Assembly: GCA_964016885.1 (NCBI GenBank)
Contig: OZ024743.1
Coordinates: 225,184,001-225,248,000 of the forward strand
DNA from: Eledone cirrhosa
Taxonomy: Eukaryota
Length of the DNA stretch: 64,000 bases
Direction: 5' to 3'
This document shows positions 57,457 to 64,000 of the stretch, piece by piece. Both the position numbers and the translations under genes were made by a program. How positions within the stretch are numbered: position 1 is the first letter of the stretch; each line of letters opens with the position of its first letter. Under the pieces are notes generated by a model, which saw only the letters and a list, made by a program, of their open reading frames with translations, was not told the origin of the DNA and made no database searches.

Positions 57457-60361
57457 ATCCTGGAATTGTGTGACACAAATAACCTAACTATCTGTAACAC
57501 TAACTTCAAAAAACGAGACAATCACTTGATCACTCAATCAATAGATCAGGGGAACACGCCAGTCAGATATATTAATTCCTTACCAGAAGACGTGATAGAG
57601 TGTCTGTTGTAAACACTAAATCCCTCCCCCATGGAGAATGCACCTCCCAACATAGACTCATAGTTAGCGACCTCATAATCAGGACAAGACGTACTCGACA
57701 ACAGAGGAGGACTATCTTCAGGAGAAAAATATGGAAGCTAAAGAACCCCACAGCCAGTAATAAATTTAAAAGCATATTACTTGATACATTTGACAGTAAG
57801 GAAGAGCAATTAGAGTCGTACAATATAGAGGAACAGTGGGCATTCCTGAAAGCTAACCTGCTGAAGGCGGCAGATGAAGTCTGTGGCTGGAGCAGGCCTG
57901 TAGGCAGGAAGAGAGTAACATGGTGGTGGAACAGTAACGTGCAGGAGTCAATCAAGGCCAAAAAGCAGGCTTGGAAAGTATGGCGGGATGGGGAAGTAGA
58001 GATGACTATCAAGTGGCGAGGAGGGAAGCTCGGAGACAAGTGTACTTCGCAAGAAGGGAAGCAGAGGAAAGAAAGTTCAAGCATGTTCTACAACACAAGG
58101 ACCAAAAACGTGAAGAGTTCAGGATTGCTAGGCAATGTGTCTAGGAAAACCGTGATATTGTCGGGAGAAGTGTGTCCTTAATGATGATGGTGTACTTGCC
58201 ATCACTGACGCTGATAAGAAGGTAGCTTGGAAGTGTCACTACGAAAGGCTACTAAATGAGGAGAATAAATGGGAGAAAGACAGTCTCCCCCACATCGATC
58301 CAATAGAGGGACCAGCAGTGCAAGATGAAGGTAGTATAATAAGTAAGGCAATCAAAGATATGAAGACGGGCAAGGCAGCTGGGACTTCAGAAATAGTTGC
58401 TGAAATGCTGAAAGCATCTGGAACGGTGGGACACACTATGGTCACCCGGATAGTAACGCATGTCATACAGAATGGAGTCGTACCGAAGGACTGGCGTAGC
58501 AGCATCATCATTAACTGCTACAAGGGTAAAGGAGATGCCCTAGATAGGGGAAACTATAGAGGCATTAAATTAATTGACCAAGTCATGAAGGTCACAGAAA
58601 AAGTAATAGCACAACTAATCAGAGAGCGAATTGATCTAGACGAAATGCAGTTAGGGTTTGTGTCAGGTAAAAGTACCACAGACGCTCTTTTCATTGTACG
58701 ACAACTACAGGAGAAGTACCTAGCTAAAAGTAAACCACTATACTTAGCTTTTGTTGACTTGGAGAAAGCCTTTGACAGAGTCCCACGCCCCATTATCTGG
58801 TGGGCTCTCAGAAAACTAGGTGTTGATGAATGGCTTGTGAGAGCTATACAAGCCATGTATAAAGAAACAGTCAGCAAGGTTAGAATTAACAACGAATAGA
58901 TTAAAGAGTTTAGCGTAAAAGTTGGTGTTCATCAGGGCTCCGTTCTTAGCCCCCTCTTATTTATTATTGCCCTTCAGGCTATAACAGAGGAGTTCAAGAC
59001 CGGCTGCCCATGGGAACTCCTATACGCTGATGATTTAACGCTTATAGCTGAATCAATGGCTGAACTAGAGAAGAAATTCCAAACATGGAAGCATGGTCTA
59101 GAATCAAAAGGCCTTAAAATTAACCTGTCTAAGACTAAAGTTCTAGTATGTAGGAAGGAAAATAGGGCACTGGTCCCATCTGGGAAATGGCCATACTCAG
59201 TGTATAGGAAAGGAGTAGGCAGAAACTCCATTTTATGTCCAAAATGCAAAGTATGGGTGCATAAAAGATGTAGTGGGATCACAGGTAAGCTAACTAAGAA
59301 TATAGATTTTATATGTGGCCGGTGCTCAGGTGCAATAAGTAGCAGCAAATGCCCACAGAATACTAGCCCATTCCATTGCACAGATGGTTCTATAGAAATA
59401 GTGGACACCTTCCGTCACTTGGGTGACAAAATCAGCAATGGTGGAGGGTGCTCTGAAAGTACAGTAGCTAGAGTCAGAATGGGATGGAAAAAGTTCAGAG
59501 AGCTTATGCCACTATTGGCCGCTAAAGTTTTCTCTCTAAAAATGAAAGGCAGGCTGTATGATGCCTGCATACGAACAGCAATGTTACATGGCAGTGAGAC
59601 TTGAGCATTGTGTGCAGAGGATCTACACAGACTGGAGAGGAACGAAGCTTGCATGCTCCGTTGGATGTGTAATAGTAATATACGTGAACGGCAAAGCATA
59701 AATGAACTAAGTGAGAAATTAGGAATAAGAGACATCAGATGCTGTTTACTCGAGAGAAGACTACGTTGGTATGGTCACGTGATGCGCATGAAAGACGACA
59801 GCTGTATAAAAAAGTGCAGGGCGATCAAAATAGACGGTAGCCACGGAGTAGGCAGACCCAGAAAAACCTGGGACGACTTGATAAATTCTGACCTCACACA
59901 GTTACACCTCTCCAAGACAATGTCACTGGACCGAGATCTTTGGTGCTACGCAGTAATACAGAAGACCCACCTTGCCCAAGTGCAAAGCGAAACCTACACT
60001 CAGTAGGCACCTCTTACCAAAATACACCCCCGTCCCACGACCCCCACCCCATCCACACCACCCCCTTTCGATGTAAAGTTATGTTGGTACCACAACATCC
60101 AATCCTATATAAATGAGGTCCTGTAGGTGTCACGACAAAAAACACACAGTCCATGCTGTAATATGACCGTGTAGGTAACACGGTAAAAACCTCCCAGTCC
60201 ACACTATAAACGTGGTTGGTGTTAGGAAGGGCATCCAGCCGTAGAAAACCCACCAGAGAGTCCTATACGAGCAAGACAACCAATCTTGCCTCAAGTGGGA
60301 AAATTCCCGTCCAAACCCATGCAAGCGTGGAAGATGGACGTTAAACGAAGATGATGATGAT
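57457..60361 (+). mobile_element. 5'-truncated RTE LINE with stops and frameshifts
   Basis: Collinear with 45250-48177; stops at 58897 and 59602. Confidence 0.95.
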
Positions 60362-60365
60362 ACAC

Positions 60366-60419
<54 letters not shown>

Positions 60420-60423
60420 TATA

Positions 60424-60456
<33 letters not shown>

Positions 60457-60517
60457 ATATATATATATACACACACATATAATATATATATACACACATA
60501 TGAAATATATATATATA

Positions 60518-60649
60518 TATTGTTATACTTTGGGAGGGTCATGTTGCCAATAAGAAACACACGCACCAGTTGCTTTCACTTCAATTTATTATAAATTCAA
60601 CACACGTTTTCAGATAAAGAATCTTGCTAAACAAATTCAGAAATGAAAT
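60518..60649. mobile_element. Rearranged PLE family C remnant
   Basis: First part matches ~43738-43808; second part is the reverse complement of ~43681-43732. Confidence 0.7.
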
Positions 60650-61104
60650 ATATATATATATTTGTATGACGAAGGACCATGATGAATGGAGAGATGCTGT
60701 GCTGAAGTGGACCCATCCCACCCTTGTAAGCAATGAAAAGCAGATGTAAAATGATGATGATATATATATATATATATATATTCATGCACATACACATATA
60801 AAACACAAAAGAACCCTAAAACATGTAAAATACACACACAAACGTACATCCACATACATAGAAGCAATTTTAAAAAGCCACATACACACACTCATACATA
60901 AACATATACTTATCTCACACAAACATACACATCTATGCTCATACACATAAAAACTTGTAGATACATATATATAATCTTCTCACACTACTCATATATCTAT
61001 CTGTTCTCTCCTTATCCAAACTTTCCTCCATTTCCTCCAAGGAAGAACCTAATATAACTGTAAAATTGCCTCCTGTGTTTAGTTTGTTTCATTTATTAAC
61101 TACA

Positions 61105-62203
61105 AACTGGGTACACAATAGTAGTGGGATCTCAGGAAGCTTAGTTAAGAACGTAGGCTTTACATGTAGCAGCTGCACCAGAACAGTAAGCAGCAAACGG
61201 CCACAGGAAACAAGTACCACCAAACTCTGGGAGGGCTCTGTAGAAACAGTAGACAGCTTCTGCTACCTAGGTGATCGAATTAGCAGCAGAGGTGGGTGTT
61301 CTGAAAGTATAGTAACCAGAGTAAGAACGGGATGGAAGAAGTTCAGGGAGCTATTACCACTGTTAGCTGCAAAAGGCTTTCCCCTCAAAATCAAAGGCAG
61401 ACTGTATGATGCATGCATATGAACAGCAATGTTTCAGGTTAGTGAGACCTGGGCAGTGTGTGTGTGTGAAAGACTTGCATAGATTAGAAAGAAACGAAGC
61501 TTGCATGCTCCGATGGATGTGTAATAGTAATATATGCGAACGGCAAAGCATAAACGAATTGAGATTGAGACTGAGCATAAGAGGAATCAAATGCTGTGTG
61601 CAGGAGAAGGGGTTGCGTTGGTATGGACATGTGATGTGTATGAAGGATGACAGCTGCATAAAAAGGTGCAGAGCACTAGAAGTCTATGGACGCCTTGGAG
61701 TGGGGAGACACAAGAAGACCTGGGATGAGGTGATAAAAGCTGACCTTGCCCAATTGCACCTCTCAAAGGCGATGACACAGGACCAAGACCTCAGGCGTTA
61801 AGCAGTAATACAGAAGACCTGACTTCCCACAGACGGGTACAAGCCAAAGCTGAAGCTTATAGACAATATGCCCCGAACCCATCCCACTGCAAAGTGGTCA
61901 TGGAGGTGTCACGACAAAGAAGCACCCAGTCTACACTGTAAAATGGACATGTAGGTGCCACGGAAAAAAAGTACCCAGCACTCACTGTAAAGTGGTCGGG
62001 CAGGTGCCACGGTAAAAAAGCACCCTGCACTCACTGTAAATGAGGTTGGTGTTAGGAAGGGCATCCAGCTGTATAAATCAAGCCAAAACTAGTTCCTGTA
62101 TGAGCAGGACATGGTCACCTGACCTGGCATTGCCCACAACAGGACAACCCATGCTAGCGTGGAAGAATGGACATAAAACGGTGATGAGGATGATGATGAT
62201 GAT
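61105..62203 (+). mobile_element. Decayed RTE 3' portion
   Basis: GWKKFRELLP, RWYGHV, (GAT)n tail. Confidence 0.92.
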
Positions 62204-62469
62204 ACATACATATATATATATGAGTGAAGAATAACATGGATTGGCTATACAGTAGGGTTTATTCCAAGTATTAACAAATGTTTCACTGGTCCAGTGTGTC
62301 TAAAAACTGCCTGCCGCATTGTGTCGCGGCACCTGATTTTAATTAAAGTTTACACCTTGTTGAATCAAACAACACCGAAGGTTAGATCCTTGATACAGAA
62401 TACTCATAACCTCTACTTGGATTGCTTTAAATGATACCTCGTTAACCTAAATATATATATATATATATA

Positions 62470-62659
62470 TAATTGTTTCTACTTTAGGCACAAGGCCAGC
62501 AATTACCCAGTGCATTACTGGTACTTTATTTTATCGACCCCGTAAGGATGAAAGGCAAAGTCAACCTCGGCGGGATTTGAACTCAGATCGTAAAGGGACG
62601 TAACTATGCTGGAAAGCATGGCGTCCGACCCTCTACCGATACTGCCAATCCACCGCCCT
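62470..62659 (-). mobile_element. Full short tRNA-derived SINE in a TA tract
   Basis: A-box TGGCAGTATCGG, B-box GTTCAAATCC; several other copies in window. Confidence 0.88.
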
Positions 62660-62946
62660 ATATATATATATAATGAATAGATAAGACTGTTGGAGTTTGA
62701 AGCAATACAGAATTTAAAATGAGTGATTTAGAAAGGAACAACATTGGATTTCAGAAAAGATTAAATACGAATTTGAACAAGACTAAATTTTTACCTTAAA
62801 GCATTAAATAATCCTGATATGTTTTACTGAAATATGTTGTGGATTACACAATGTTTCAAGGTAGAAGTTTAGTTTTTTTTCCTTTTATGATATATAATCT
62901 ATTCCTAACTGCATTTCATGCTGCTTTTCAAATTACTGTGTATATG

Positions 62947-63065
<119 letters not shown>

Positions 63066-63074
63066 GTACGTATA

Positions 63075-63107
<33 letters not shown>

Positions 63108-63108
<1 letters not shown>

Positions 63109-64000
63109 ATCATCATCATCATCATCACCGTTTTACGTCCGTTCTTCCACGCTAGCATGGGTTAGACGGGTTGTCCTGTTGTGGGCAGTGTCTGGTCGGC
63201 TGACCATGCCTTGCTCATACAGGAACTGATCTGGCTTGATTTCTACAGCTATGTGCCCTTCTTAACACCAACCTCATTTACAGTGAGTGCTGGGTGCTTT
63301 TTCGTGGTGCCTACACGTCCACTTTACAGTGTGGGCTGGGTGCTTTTTTTGCCGTGGCACCTCCACGACCACCTTGCGGTGGGGGGGGGGGGGGCATATT
63401 GTTTATATGCTTCAGCATGTACCCATGGGAGGTCGGGTACCCTGTATTACTGCGTGACGCCAGAAGTCACGGTCGTGTGTCATCGCCTTTGAGAGGTGTA
63501 ATTGGGTAAGGTCGGCTTTTATCACCTCATCCCAAGTCATCTTGGGTCTCCCCACTCCGCGGTTTCCATCAACTTGTAGTGCTCTGCACCTTTTTATGCA
63601 GCTGTCATCCTTCATACGCATCACATGTCCATACCAGCGTAACCGCCTCTCCTGCACGCAGCATTTGATTCCTCTTATGCTCAGTCTCTCTCTCAATTCC
63701 TTTATGCTTTGTCGTTCACGTATATTACTGTTACACATCCATCGGAGCATGCAGGCTTCGTTTCTCTCTAATCTATGTAAGTCTTCCACCTTCAGCGCCC
63801 AGGTCTCACTACCATGCAACATCGCTGTTCGGATACACGCATCATACAGTCTGCCTTTCATTCTGAGGGAGAAGCCTTTTGCAGCTAACAGTGGTAGTAG
63901 TTCCCTAAACTTCTTCCATCCCGTTCTTACCCTAGTTATTGTACTTTCTGAGCACCAACCTCCGTTGCTAATTCGGTCACCTAGGTAGCAGAAGCTGTCT
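63108..64000 (-). mobile_element. RTE 3' portion running off the window
   Basis: [21 protein letters not shown]...; (CAT)n tail on + strand. Confidence 0.93.

Overview
AT-rich eukaryotic DNA with no supportable host gene; the repeat content suggests a cephalopod or other mollusc (inference). The window is a mosaic of retroelements separated by very long (TA)n tracts. It holds an ORF-intact RTE LINE with an internal PHD finger plus many decayed copies, an ORF2-intact CR1-group LINE, Tx1- and CRE-like fragments, tRNA-derived SINEs, MITEs and a Helitron-like element. It also holds at least three families of Penelope-like elements (PLEs; RT + C-terminal GIY-YIG visible in two). The most striking signal is a dense set of type I hammerhead ribozyme (HHR) motifs, about 14 copies of about 7 sequence types, all folded by hand. 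These include a non-coding, highly structured 470-bp tandem unit with a perfect HHR (retrozyme-like, predicted 470-nt circular RNA) next to a near-intact PLE bracketed by two HHRs. PLE/HHR sequences recur as foldback palindromes, including a perfect 627-bp one. All I/Y-rich ORFs in the track are microsatellite artefacts.
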